Positions 20,420 through 29,056 of a DNA stretch of 64,000 nt are shown one piece after another. Every line of letters begins with the position of its first letter. Position 1 is the stretch's first letter. This stretch comes from Bulleidia sp. GTDB taxonomy: Bacteria; Bacteroidota; Bacteroidia; Bacteroidales; UBA932. The translations under genes were made by a program, and so were the position numbers. The notes under the pieces are model-generated. The model was not told the DNA's origin. It saw only the letters and a program-made list of their open reading frames with translations, and searched no databases. Where the stretch lies: the NCBI GenBank assembly GCA_963623745.1, contig CAVFMX010000046.1, positions 201 through 64,200 on the forward strand, given 5' to 3'.

Positions 20420-21457
20420 CTACAGCCGCAGGCCATCGAGCAGGGCGACGTAGGTCTCGATACCGTCCGCGATCTCGTCCAGGCGGATATATTCATTGGC
20501 GGAATGGGAGCGGGCGGAGTCACCGGGACCGATTTTAACGGTCGGGAAGCCGCAGAGAGCTTGGTTGCTGGTGGTCGGGGAGCCGAAAGGTTCAAGACCG
20601 AGCGAGAGGCCGCGGATAACGGCAGGATGCTCCGGCGGAAGATGCGAACTGCCGATTCTTGTGGAGCGTTCCTTCACCTCGCAGGAGACCGAGGACTTGA
20701 TCATCTCCAGAAGCTCGGGATTGGTGTACATCCCATTCGGGCGCACGTCCACCACAAACGTACACTTGTCAGGCACGACATTGTGCTGGGTCCCGGCGCT
20801 GATCTGTGTGACAGACATCTTGACCGGACCCAAAAAGTCGGAGATCCGGTCGAAACTGTGACTCCTGAACCACTGCACGTCCTTAAAAGCCTTGTAGATG
20901 GCGTTGACCCCCTCATTTCTGGCGGCATGTCCGCTCTTTCCCCGGACCGTGCAGTCCAGCACTATCAGCCCCCTCTCGGCAACGGCCATCCGCATCCCTG
21001 TCGGCTCGCCGATCACCCCGAAGTCTATGTGCCCCAACTCGGGCAGGATCAGATCCAGCCCCCCTTTCCCGCTGACCTCCTCCTCGGCGGTGGCGGAGAA
21101 GATTAGCCTGTACGGCTGTTCCTTCCGGATGAGTCTTGAATATGTCTCCAGAAGCGCGACGAGCGATCCTCCGTCATCATTGCTGCCCAAGCCGTACAGC
21201 CTTCCGTCCTCTACCTCCGGCGAGAACGGGTCACGGGTGTAGCCCGAGGCCGGCCTCACGGTGTCGATGTGTGCGTTCAGCAGCACGGCCGGCCTCCCGT
21301 CCGCCGGGCCTGACTCCACCCAAAGGTTGTTGCCCGACCTCCTGACATCAAATCCGTTGTCTTTCATCCATCCCTCAAGAAAATCAGCGGCCTTCCCCTC
21401 CTCCCTGCTGAAGGAAGGAATCAGGATCATATTCTTTAAAAGTTCTATCGTGTCCAT
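20420..21457 (-). CDS. argE: M20 family deacylase ArgE (acyl-ornithine/acyl-citrulline deacylase)
   Basis: NAHIDTV, GLGSNDDG, AEEE, GEPT, GKSGHAA and HSANE motifs. Lies in the arg cluster. Start taken at ATG 21457. Confidence 0.85.
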   Translation of the reverse strand: MDTIELLKNMILIPSFSREEGKAADFLEGWMKDNGFDVRRSGNNLWVESGPADGRPAVLLNAHIDTVRPASGYTRDPFSPEVEDGRLYGLGSNDDGGSLVALLETYSRLIRKEQPYRLIFSATAEEEVSGKGGLDLILPELGHIDFGVIGEPTGMRMAVAERGLIVLDCTVRGKSGHAARNEGVNAIYKAFKDVQWFRSHSFDRISDFLGPVKMSVTQISAGTQHNVVPDKCTFVVDVRPNGMYTNPELLEMIKSSVSCEVKERSTRIGSSHLPPEHPAVIRGLSLGLEPFGSPTTSNQALCGFPTVKIGPGDSARSHSANEYIRLDEIADGIETYVALLDGLRL

Positions 21458-21567
21458 ATAGTTCAAATCTTGTGTCCTCTTGAAAAAAGTCGAGAGTCCC
21501 GTTGACTTCATGGGCAAGAGGACATCTCTCTTTCTGCAAGGCATGCGTTTTTTCGGATGCGCGTCAC

Positions 21568-22213
21568 TTAACTTTTGCTTTTAAGGTATTCGGTCGGAGT
21601 TATGCCGTAGGTCTGGCGGAAAATCCGGTTAAAGGTAACGGTATTTCTCATTCCGCAACTCTCGGAGACGGCCATTATCGTCCATTCGGAATGTTCCCGC
21701 AGCAGCAGCGATCTGGAACACAAGGCAGTAATCCACAGTTTGTGCACTTGCAGCTGGCGATCTTTCTTCTGTGTTTCATAGAGTACCGCAAGTTCTTGAA
21801 CATCGGCGCGAGCCTGACGAGCCTGCAGAGTGTCTTTTATCTCCAGCACTTCGGCATAGGTGTCGGATGCCCGGCGGTATTCCCCCCATCTTCTCCATAA
21901 CCTCCTCCAAGCCCCACTTCGCAAAAAGCATCATGTTCCCTAAAGTATCGCTTTGTTTCCGGATTCTCCCGACAAGGCCTTCATAGATGTCCGCCGCCTC
22001 GGAGTAACGGCTCCGTTCGCGAAGATAGTCCACTATGAAGTAGTCTTTGGGATTGCTCCCCTCTGCCAGCGGAACCTCTTTCCACTTCTGGTAGGTGGAG
22101 TCGGCCGCGCACATGTCCGTGGAAAAGTCCGACTTGTCCGCCTGAAGGGAAGAACACATGACAAGGGGCAGTATTCCGCATAATAGCGTTATGAGATGTA
22201 AAAGCTGTTTCAT
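21568..22213 (-). pseudogene. Decayed membrane-anchored AraC-family regulator
   Basis: Two overlapping frames join at a G6 run (21882-21887). Signal peptide and helical region, then LAVLYETQKKD, a truncated TM, and only the last AraC HTH (WTIMAVSESCGMRNTVTFNRIFRQTYGITPTEY). Confidence 0.75.
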
Positions 22214-22521
22214 AATAGAAGCAAATATCCGCAAAATAAACGAATATCCTGTTACTTTATCAGCGGATTCGCATTAATTTTGACTCCTTGATTTTATCAT
22301 AAGAAGCTGTTTTGGAATAATTTCTCTCTCTTCTATACGGCCTTTCCGGCCATTTCCATCTTTGTCATCGGTCACGTAGCTACAGCTACGACAGGGACGC
22401 TACCAGCGCGGCTCTCATCTTCTTCATGCTGCTTCTGTCTTTTCCGTTCATCGCTCGTTGGTGAATTTACGCAATCTTACGGAAAATTTTCGGGCAGCCC
22501 GTGCGGAAAGGCGGGGAATTT

Positions 22522-22555
22522 ACAACATACTGTCCGGAACAAACAACATTCTGTC
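22522..22555. promoter_or_regulatory. 13-bp direct repeat with 21-bp period (candidate AraC-type operator)
   Basis: ACAACATACTGTC (22522-22534) and ACAACATTCTGTC (22543-22555), upstream of a minus-strand near-consensus -7 element TAAGATTG (22472-22479). Confidence 0.5.
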
Positions 22556-22608
22556 TCCTCTGACACGATATTATTGCCCGGTCCGCTGTAAAAGGTCAGC
22601 CAAGAAAA

Positions 22609-23397
22609 TCAGTCGTCGGTCTCGGGGTCGACGGTGATGGTGGTGCCGGCGTCAAGGGCGGAGGCGGAGGTGATGACAACTCGGGATACACCGGAGTTGA
22701 TGGCCTCGAAAGCGTTCTGGAGTTTCGGGATCATGCCGTCGGAGATGGTGCCGTCGGCGACCATCGGGGCGAAGTCGGAGCCGGTGATGGTCGGGATCAC
22801 GCTCGATGGGTCGTTCAGATTCTTCATCACGCCAGGGGTGGACGAGCAATAGGTCAGGGTCACGTCATAGACCGGGGACAGGGCCCGGGCCACGGACGAG
22901 GCGATGGTGTCGGCGTTGGTGTTCAGCATCGTGCCTTCCTTGTCGTGGGTCAGCGGAGCGAGGACAGGCGCGGCTCCGGACTCAAGGAGGGTTTCCAAAG
23001 CCTTGGAGTTGACGTACTTGACATCGCCCACGTAGCCGAAATTGATCGGTCGGACAAGCCTTTTCACGCTCATTATCAGGTTCAGGTCAGCCCCGGTGAG
23101 ACCGATGGCGTTTACCCCGAGAGCCTGCAGACGCGCCACCAGACTCTTGTTGACCAGTCCGCCGTAAACCATCGTGACAACCTTCAGCATCTCGGCGCTT
23201 GTGATCCTGCGGCCGTCGATCATCCGGGTCTCCACGCCCAACCGCGCCGCAACCTCGGTTGCGATCTTTCCGCCGCCGTGCACGAGAATCTTTCTGCCCT
23301 TAAGGCTTGAGAAAGACATCAGAAGGGACTGGAGAGATTCCTCGTTCTCCACAATCGCCCCTCCGACCTTGATTATGTTAAGCGAATCCTTTATCAT
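22609..23397 (-). CDS. argB: N-acylglutamate kinase
   Basis: IKVGG, VHGGG, GRRIT, NTNADTIA and GMIPKL. Confidence 0.94.
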   Translation of the reverse strand: MIKDSLNIIKVGGAIVENEESLQSLLMSFSSLKGRKILVHGGGKIATEVAARLGVETRMIDGRRITSAEMLKVVTMVYGGLVNKSLVARLQALGVNAIGLTGADLNLIMSVKRLVRPINFGYVGDVKYVNSKALETLLESGAAPVLAPLTHDKEGTMLNTNADTIASSVARALSPVYDVTLTYCSSTPGVMKNLNDPSSVIPTITGSDFAPMVADGTISDGMIPKLQNAFEAINSGVSRVVITSASALDAGTTITVDPETDD

Positions 23398-23409
23398 GTT
23401 CCAAAACTC

Positions 23410-24360
23410 CTACTGAAGATCCTCAAGCATCCTCTTCATCACCACCTGCGCGGAGACAACCCTGTTGGCGGCCTCAGGGATGACGATGCTGCGAGGAGAA
23501 TCTATGACCTCGTCGGTCACGATCATGTTCCTTCTCACAGGAAGGCAATGCATGAAGTAAGCGTTGTCGGTGACGGCCATCTGACGGGAGCCGACTGTCC
23601 ATGAGCGGTCCTGACTGAGAATCTGCCCGTAGTGCGAGACGGAGGACCAGTTCTTTGCGTAGATGAAATCCGCCCCCTCGAAAGCCTTCATCTGGTCGTA
23701 CTCCACACGCGCATTGCCGACAAACCGGGGATCCAGTTCATAGCCCTCGGGCTGTGTGATGACGAAATCCACATCGGCGGCGTTCATCCACTCGGCGAAA
23801 GAGTTAGGCACGGCCTGAGGCAGCGCCCTCGGATGAGGAGCCCAGGTCAGGACCACTTTCGGACGGGCGACACTTTTATATTCATTTATGGTGATGAGGT
23901 CGGCGAAGGCCTGGCACGGATGGACGGTGGCCGACTCAAGGCTTATGACAGGTTTGCCGGAATATTCAATGAACTGACGGAGAATGGTCTCACCATAGTC
24001 GAACTCCTTGTCCTTCAGGCCGGCGAAGGAGCGCACTCCGATGATGTCGCAGTAGCTGCCGATGACGGGGATCGCCTCGCGCAGATGCTCCGGCTTGTCG
24101 CCGTCCATCACCACGCCCATCTCGGTCTCAAGCTTCCAGCTGTCGCCGTTGACATTGAGGACTATCGAGTTCATTCCCAGATTCATGGCCGCCTTCTGGC
24201 TGCTCAGGCGGGTGCGCAGGCTGCTGTTGAAGAAGATCAGGATGATCGTCTTGTTCCTGCCAAGATTCTGCCATGCGAACGGAGCCGCCTTGACCTGCCT
24301 CGCTTCCTCAAGAGCCTTGCCGAGGTCGCCTATGTCGTCAACGTGAAAAAAACTTCTCAT
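23410..24360 (-). CDS. argF': N-acylornithine carbamoyltransferase ArgF' (probably N-succinylornithine-specific)
   Basis: SLRTR, MDGDKPEH, HPCQ, TWAPHPRALP and HCLPVRRN. Confidence 0.9.
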   Translation of the reverse strand: MRSFFHVDDIGDLGKALEEARQVKAAPFAWQNLGRNKTIILIFFNSSLRTRLSSQKAAMNLGMNSIVLNVNGDSWKLETEMGVVMDGDKPEHLREAIPVIGSYCDIIGVRSFAGLKDKEFDYGETILRQFIEYSGKPVISLESATVHPCQAFADLITINEYKSVARPKVVLTWAPHPRALPQAVPNSFAEWMNAADVDFVITQPEGYELDPRFVGNARVEYDQMKAFEGADFIYAKNWSSVSHYGQILSQDRSWTVGSRQMAVTDNAYFMHCLPVRRNMIVTDEVIDSPRSIVIPEAANRVVSAQVVMKRMLEDLQ

Positions 24361-25478
24361 AATACTTCCTCCAATGCATTGATGAATATGTCCACGTCCG
24401 CCTTGGTGAGTGTCAGCGGGGCAAGAAGGCGGATCATGTTCTTGCCGGAAACGCCTGTGAATATGTGCTTTTCGTAAAGGAGACGCCCCCGGATCTCCGC
24501 GATCGGCTCATTGAATTCGATGCCGACCATCAGGCCGCGGCCGCGCACCTCCCGGATCCTCGGCGAGGCAGGGATGGAGTTCTTGAGATACTCTCCCACC
24601 TCAAAGGCGTTCTCCACGAGGTTTTCCTCCTTGAATATGTCAGCGACGGCGTTCGCCGCGGCCATCGCGAGGTAGTTGCCTCCGAACGTGGTGCCGAGCA
24701 TCCCCTTAGTGGCCTCGAACTCGGGAGAGATGAGGACTCCGCCGATCGGAAAGCCGTTCGCCATGCCTTTCGCCATCGTGACTATGTCCGGCCGGATTCC
24801 GGCCCACTGATGGGCGAAAAACCGGCCGCCGCGACCGTAGCCGCTCTGGATCTCGTCCAGAATCAGCACGACGCCGGCTTCCTTTGTGGTCTGACGCAGA
24901 TCGCGCATAAACTGGTCGTCAGGGATGACGATTCCGCCGACACCCTGGATTCCCTCGATGATCACAGCCGCCACATCGCCCTTGGCGAGTTCGGCCTTCA
25001 CTGCCTCGATGTCGTTCAAAGGCAGGAAGGTGACATTGTGGTGCGAGTTGAAAGGGGCGGAATATTCCGGATTGTCGGTGACGGCCACGGCTCCGGACGT
25101 CCTACCGTGAAAGGCTCCTCTGAACGCTATCATCCTGTCCTTTCCGGTGTGGAAGGATGCCAGTTTGAGGGCGTTCTCGTTGGCTTCGGCTCCCGAGTTG
25201 ATCAAGAACAGAGAGTAGTTCCCGAGCCCGGAAAGTTCGCCGATTTTTCCGGCCAGTTCGACCTGAAGAGGATTCTTCACGCTGTTGGAGTAGAAGCCGA
25301 TCTTGTTCAGCTGACCGGTGACGGCGGCCACATATTTCGGATGGCAGTGGCCGACAGAGATGACTGCGTGGCCGCCGTAGAGGTCAAGGTACTCCTGTCC
25401 CTTGTCATCCCAGATTCTGGTGCCTTTGGCTTTGACGGGAGTCACGTCAAAGAGGCTGTACACATCAAATAAGTTCAT
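24357..25478 (-). CDS. argD: Acetyl/succinyl-ornithine aminotransferase
   Basis: NSGAEANE, FHGRT, DEIQSG and MAKGMANG (PLP Lys). Confidence 0.93.
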   Translation of the reverse strand: MNLFDVYSLFDVTPVKAKGTRIWDDKGQEYLDLYGGHAVISVGHCHPKYVAAVTGQLNKIGFYSNSVKNPLQVELAGKIGELSGLGNYSLFLINSGAEANENALKLASFHTGKDRMIAFRGAFHGRTSGAVAVTDNPEYSAPFNSHHNVTFLPLNDIEAVKAELAKGDVAAVIIEGIQGVGGIVIPDDQFMRDLRQTTKEAGVVLILDEIQSGYGRGGRFFAHQWAGIRPDIVTMAKGMANGFPIGGVLISPEFEATKGMLGTTFGGNYLAMAAANAVADIFKEENLVENAFEVGEYLKNSIPASPRIREVRGRGLMVGIEFNEPIAEIRGRLLYEKHIFTGVSGKNMIRLLAPLTLTKADVDIFINALEEVL

Positions 25479-25491
25479 GATTCGTTCTTGA

Positions 25492-26472
25492 TCAAAACCG
25501 GGTGCCCTTAAGGCGAAGACCCATGTCCTCGGGAAGTCCGAAGATAAGGTTCATGTTCTCGACCGCCTGGCCGGAAGCACCCTTCACCAGATTGTCGATG
25601 ACGCTGACCACGTGGAGCTTGCGTCCGTGCTTACGGACATTCAGCACACATTTGTTCGTGTTCACTACCATCTTCAAATCCGGATTGGTGTCTATCACGT
25701 GGACAAAAGGCTCGTCCTTGTAGTAGTCCTTGTACAGAGCCACGGCTTCTTCCTCGGAAAGGTCACAGTCGAAATAGACCGAAGCCAGGATGCCTCTGGT
25801 GAAATCGCCCCTGACCGGAACGAAGTTCAGTCCGCCGCCGTAGCTCGGAGCGAGAGTGTGCAGGGTCTCCCCTATCTCGCCCAGATGCTGGTGGGTGAAC
25901 GCCTTGTAAACGGAGAGATTGTCCGCTCTCCAGCTGAAATGCGTGGTCTCGGACGGAGCCTGGCCCGCTCCGGTGGAACCGGTGATTCCGGTCACGTGGA
26001 TCTCAGGCAGCCTGTCGGCCTTCGCCATAGGCAGAAGCGCCAGCTGGATCGACGTGGCGAAACATCCCGGGTTGGCGATGTGTCTGGCCTTCACTATCCT
26101 GTCCCTGAACGCCTCCGGAAGACCGTAAACGAAATCCTCCGCATCGGCCGCCAGACGGAAATCGTTGCTGAGATCGATGATGGCGCCTTTGTAGCTTCCC
26201 GGCAGGGAATGCACGAAGCCCTTTGACTTTCCGTGACCGGAGCAAAGGAAGATCACATCGGCCTCTTCTACAGGGGCATCCGCACTGAACTTCAGGTCAG
26301 TCTCCCCCAACAGATCCTGATGGGCCGACCAGACCGGCTCGCCGGCATGACTTCCGCTCTGCGCGAAGACAATCCTGACGTTCGGATGATTGGTCAGAAT
26401 CCGCAGAAGCTCGCCGGCCGTGTAGCCGGCGGCCCCCACGATCCCGACTTTTATGTACTCATTTAAATTCAT
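25492..26472 (-). CDS. argC: N-acyl-gamma-glutamyl-phosphate reductase
   Basis: GAAGYTA, IDLSNDFR, ANPGCFAT, GSTGAG and DNLVKGASGQA. Confidence 0.95.
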   Translation of the reverse strand: MNLNEYIKVGIVGAAGYTAGELLRILTNHPNVRIVFAQSGSHAGEPVWSAHQDLLGETDLKFSADAPVEEADVIFLCSGHGKSKGFVHSLPGSYKGAIIDLSNDFRLAADAEDFVYGLPEAFRDRIVKARHIANPGCFATSIQLALLPMAKADRLPEIHVTGITGSTGAGQAPSETTHFSWRADNLSVYKAFTHQHLGEIGETLHTLAPSYGGGLNFVPVRGDFTRGILASVYFDCDLSEEEAVALYKDYYKDEPFVHVIDTNPDLKMVVNTNKCVLNVRKHGRKLHVVSVIDNLVKGASGQAVENMNLIFGLPEDMGLRLKGTRF

Positions 26473-26511
26473 CAATACCATAAAATTATCTCACGACTCG
26501 GCAGCCGACGG

Positions 26512-27732
26512 CTACAGTTCCTTTTCAAGCTGGTCTCCTTCGTCCTTGTGGGCCGTGTAGTAAACGCGGAGCGGGGTGGACGAGACTTTGATGAAGCCCT
26601 TGGCATCCTCGCTGGTCCAACCCTTCTGCATCTCGCCGTACTCCCCGAACTTGGTCTTCACGAGGTCGCACGGAGAATCCACACCGACGGTCGAGAACGA
26701 CCACGGACGAAGTTCCATCGTCACCTTGCCGGTCACGTTCCTCTGGCTGCTCTCCAGCATCGCCTCGATGTCCCTCATCACAGGCTCAAGGTACTGGCTC
26801 TCGTGCAGGAACATCCCGTACCAGTTGGAGACCTGATCCTTCCAGTACTGCTGCCACTTGCTCAAGGTGAACTTCTCCAGGAACTTGTGGGCGGCGATGA
26901 TCAGCATCGGAGCCGCGGCCTCGAAGCCGACACGTCCCTTGATGCCTATGATCGTGTCCCCCACGTGCATGTCCCGTCCGATGCCGTACGGAGCCGCGAT
27001 GGACTCGATCTTCTGGATGGCGGCCACCTTGTCGGCGAACTTCTCGCCGTTCACGGCCGCGATCTCACCCTTTTCAAACTCGATCCCGATGGTCTCTGAA
27101 CCATCTTTCGTTATCTGTTTCAGATATGCGCTCTCCGGAAGCCCCTGCGTGGAGTCAAGAATCTCGCCTCCGCAGATGGAAGTCCCCCAGAGACCGACAT
27201 TGTAGGAATACTTAAGTTTCTTGAAATCAGCCTTGAAGCCGTGCTCATTGAGGTAATCGACCTCAAACTGCCGGGTCAGCGCCATGTCCCTCGTGAGGGT
27301 GATGATCTCGATTCCCGGAGCCATCACAAGGAACGTCATGTCGAAACGGACCTGGTCATTGCCTGCTCCCGTCGAACCGTGTGCTATGGCATCGGCTCCG
27401 ATCGACTTGGCATAGCGGGCGATCGCCATGGCCTGGAATATCCTCTCGGAGGAAACCGAAACCGGGTACGTACCGTTCCTCAGCACGTTGCCGAAAATCA
27501 TGTAACGGAGACTCTTGTCGTAATATTCCCGGGTTACGTCGAGGGTGACATATTCCTTCGCCCCGAGTTCGTGGGCGTGCTTCTCGTTGTCCTTCAGCTG
27601 CTCGGCGCTGAATCCGCCCGTGTCGGCGCACGCGGCATAGATCTCATAGCCCTTTTCCTTGGAGAGGTACATCACCGTGAACGATGTGTCAAGGCCGCCG
27701 CTGAAAGCGACCACCACTTTCTTCTTTTCCAT
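26512..27732 (-). CDS. argG: Argininosuccinate synthase
   Basis: AFSGGLDTS, HGSTGAGNDQVRF and GIKGRVGFEA. Confidence 0.96.
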   Translation of the reverse strand: MEKKKVVVAFSGGLDTSFTVMYLSKEKGYEIYAACADTGGFSAEQLKDNEKHAHELGAKEYVTLDVTREYYDKSLRYMIFGNVLRNGTYPVSVSSERIFQAMAIARYAKSIGADAIAHGSTGAGNDQVRFDMTFLVMAPGIEIITLTRDMALTRQFEVDYLNEHGFKADFKKLKYSYNVGLWGTSICGGEILDSTQGLPESAYLKQITKDGSETIGIEFEKGEIAAVNGEKFADKVAAIQKIESIAAPYGIGRDMHVGDTIIGIKGRVGFEAAAPMLIIAAHKFLEKFTLSKWQQYWKDQVSNWYGMFLHESQYLEPVMRDIEAMLESSQRNVTGKVTMELRPWSFSTVGVDSPCDLVKTKFGEYGEMQKGWTSEDAKGFIKVSSTPLRVYYTAHKDEGDQLEKEL

Positions 27733-27734
27733 AT

Positions 27735-28358
27735 TCAATCAATCCTTTTGTTGTCATTCTCCGCCGCGTCGATCCTGCGTATCCTTTCGAGCACGTCCTG
27801 AGGGATCTTAGCCGGAAGATGCTCCTCAGGATCGAAGAGCATGCCGGTGCAGATGCAGTACTTCCTGTCGGTGCGCTTCAGCACGTCAACATTGATGCAG
27901 CCTTCACAGCCTTTCCAGAAAGCCTCGTCGTTGGTGAGATCGGCGAAGGTCACCGGCTTGTAGCCGAGCTGGGTGTTCATCGTCATCACTGCGGCACCGC
28001 TCGTGAGACTGAAGATCTTGGCGTGGGGCCAGCGGGTACGCGCCAGCGAGAAGGTCAGATCCTTGATCCTCTTGGCAAGGCCGAGGCCACGGAAATCCGG
28101 ATGCACAATCAGACCGGAGGTCGTCACGTACTGCCTGTGCTCCCAGGTCTCGATGTAGCTGAATCCGGCGAACCTCTCGCCCTTGAGAGCGATCACGGCC
28201 TTGGCCTCCCTGATCTTCTGGGCGACATATTCCGGCCTTCTCTTCGCGATGCCGGTGCCCCTGACCTCAGCCGCCTCCTCTATCGTCCTTAGAATCTCAT
28301 CGACGTAAATGAGGTGCTTTTCCGAAGCGACCTCAACAGTCAATTCATCCTGCGTCAT
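27735..28358 (-). CDS. GNAT acyltransferase, Bacteroidetes-type N-acylglutamate synthase (ArgA substitute)
   Basis: GLIVHPDFRGLGLA acyl-CoA motif, C-terminal CEGC...CIC. Sits between argR and argG. Confidence 0.75.
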   Translation of the reverse strand: MTQDELTVEVASEKHLIYVDEILRTIEEAAEVRGTGIAKRRPEYVAQKIREAKAVIALKGERFAGFSYIETWEHRQYVTTSGLIVHPDFRGLGLAKRIKDLTFSLARTRWPHAKIFSLTSGAAVMTMNTQLGYKPVTFADLTNDEAFWKGCEGCINVDVLKRTDRKYCICTGMLFDPEEHLPAKIPQDVLERIRRIDAAENDNKRID

Positions 28359-28849
28359 CTTCTGTAAAGTTCGTTTGTTCTCTCTTTGCTGTCAATGCCT
28401 TTGAATATTCCGGCAAGCGAGGAGACCACCCCGTCGTGCCGGAAGCCTTCCCTCAGCACAAGCAGGATCGTGTCGTCTCCCGCCAGTGTCCCCATGACCT
28501 CGGGAAGACGGGCCTCATCGATGATGGAAGCGATCATCCCGGCATGGCCCGGCCGCGTCTTGATCACGGCCATCGAACCTGAGAACTCCAGGCTGTCTAT
28601 GCTTTCGGAAGACATCGCTGACCCGCGAAGCGCCTCGCGCAGCATCCCGGGCCGGGGAAGACTGTAGCTGTAGCCGACCCTGTCGTGGATCTTGGTGATC
28701 TGAAGTTCACGGATGTCTCTGGAGAGAGTGGCCTGAGCCACACTCAGCCCACGTTCCGTCAGAAGAGCCGAAAGCTCCTCCTGATTGGACACCCGGTTCT
28801 CCTTCACAACCTCCCTGATGATCTTTTGCCTTTCCTGTTTACCTTTCAT
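28355..28849 (-). CDS. argR: Arginine repressor
   Basis: QEEL, QATLSRDIREL, KTRPGHA and GTLAGDDT. Start reassigned to ATG 28849. Confidence 0.95.
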   Translation of the reverse strand: MKGKQERQKIIREVVKENRVSNQEELSALLTERGLSVAQATLSRDIRELQITKIHDRVGYSYSLPRPGMLREALRGSAMSSESIDSLEFSGSMAVIKTRPGHAGMIASIIDEARLPEVMGTLAGDDTILLVLREGFRHDGVVSSLAGIFKGIDSKERTNELYRR

Positions 28850-28855
28850 TGTAAA

Positions 28856-28900
28856 AGCATATTTATTCAAAAGCAGCGCAAATATATGTATAATTTTCCA
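28856..28900 (-). promoter_or_regulatory. arg operon promoter: -7 element flanked by two ARG-box-like palindromes
   Basis: Minus strand TGGAAAATTATACA (28887-28900), TATATTTG (28879-28886) and TGAATAAATATGCT (28856-28869), compared with the ARG core TGnATwwwwATnCA. Confidence 0.65.
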
Positions 28901-29056
28901 ATATTGGCACAAAATTCTTGAATATATCGGAAGCCTTGATGAGAACAATGGCTGTCCCGCGCAAAGAGGGGTGTAACGGGACACTCCCGAGAGCGGAAAA
29001 GATGGGATTCCGGACACGGGAGCAGCAGTACAATGAAAACAGAGATGGTGCGATCG

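Noticed and set aside
20333..21106. 257-aa plus-strand ORF after argH
   Set aside because: It is antisense to argE, starts inside the hairpin and shows no family features.
22609..23000. GC-richer 3' half of argB as a recombination patch
   Set aside because: The difference could be the ordinary 5'-to-3' codon bias gradient and cannot be supported without comparative data.
28850..29017. N-terminal extensions in the ORF track (argR, also nhaC 31552, kinase 10254, anti-sigma 30520)
   Set aside because: They run through promoters or upstream genes. Downstream ATGs match the family N-termini.
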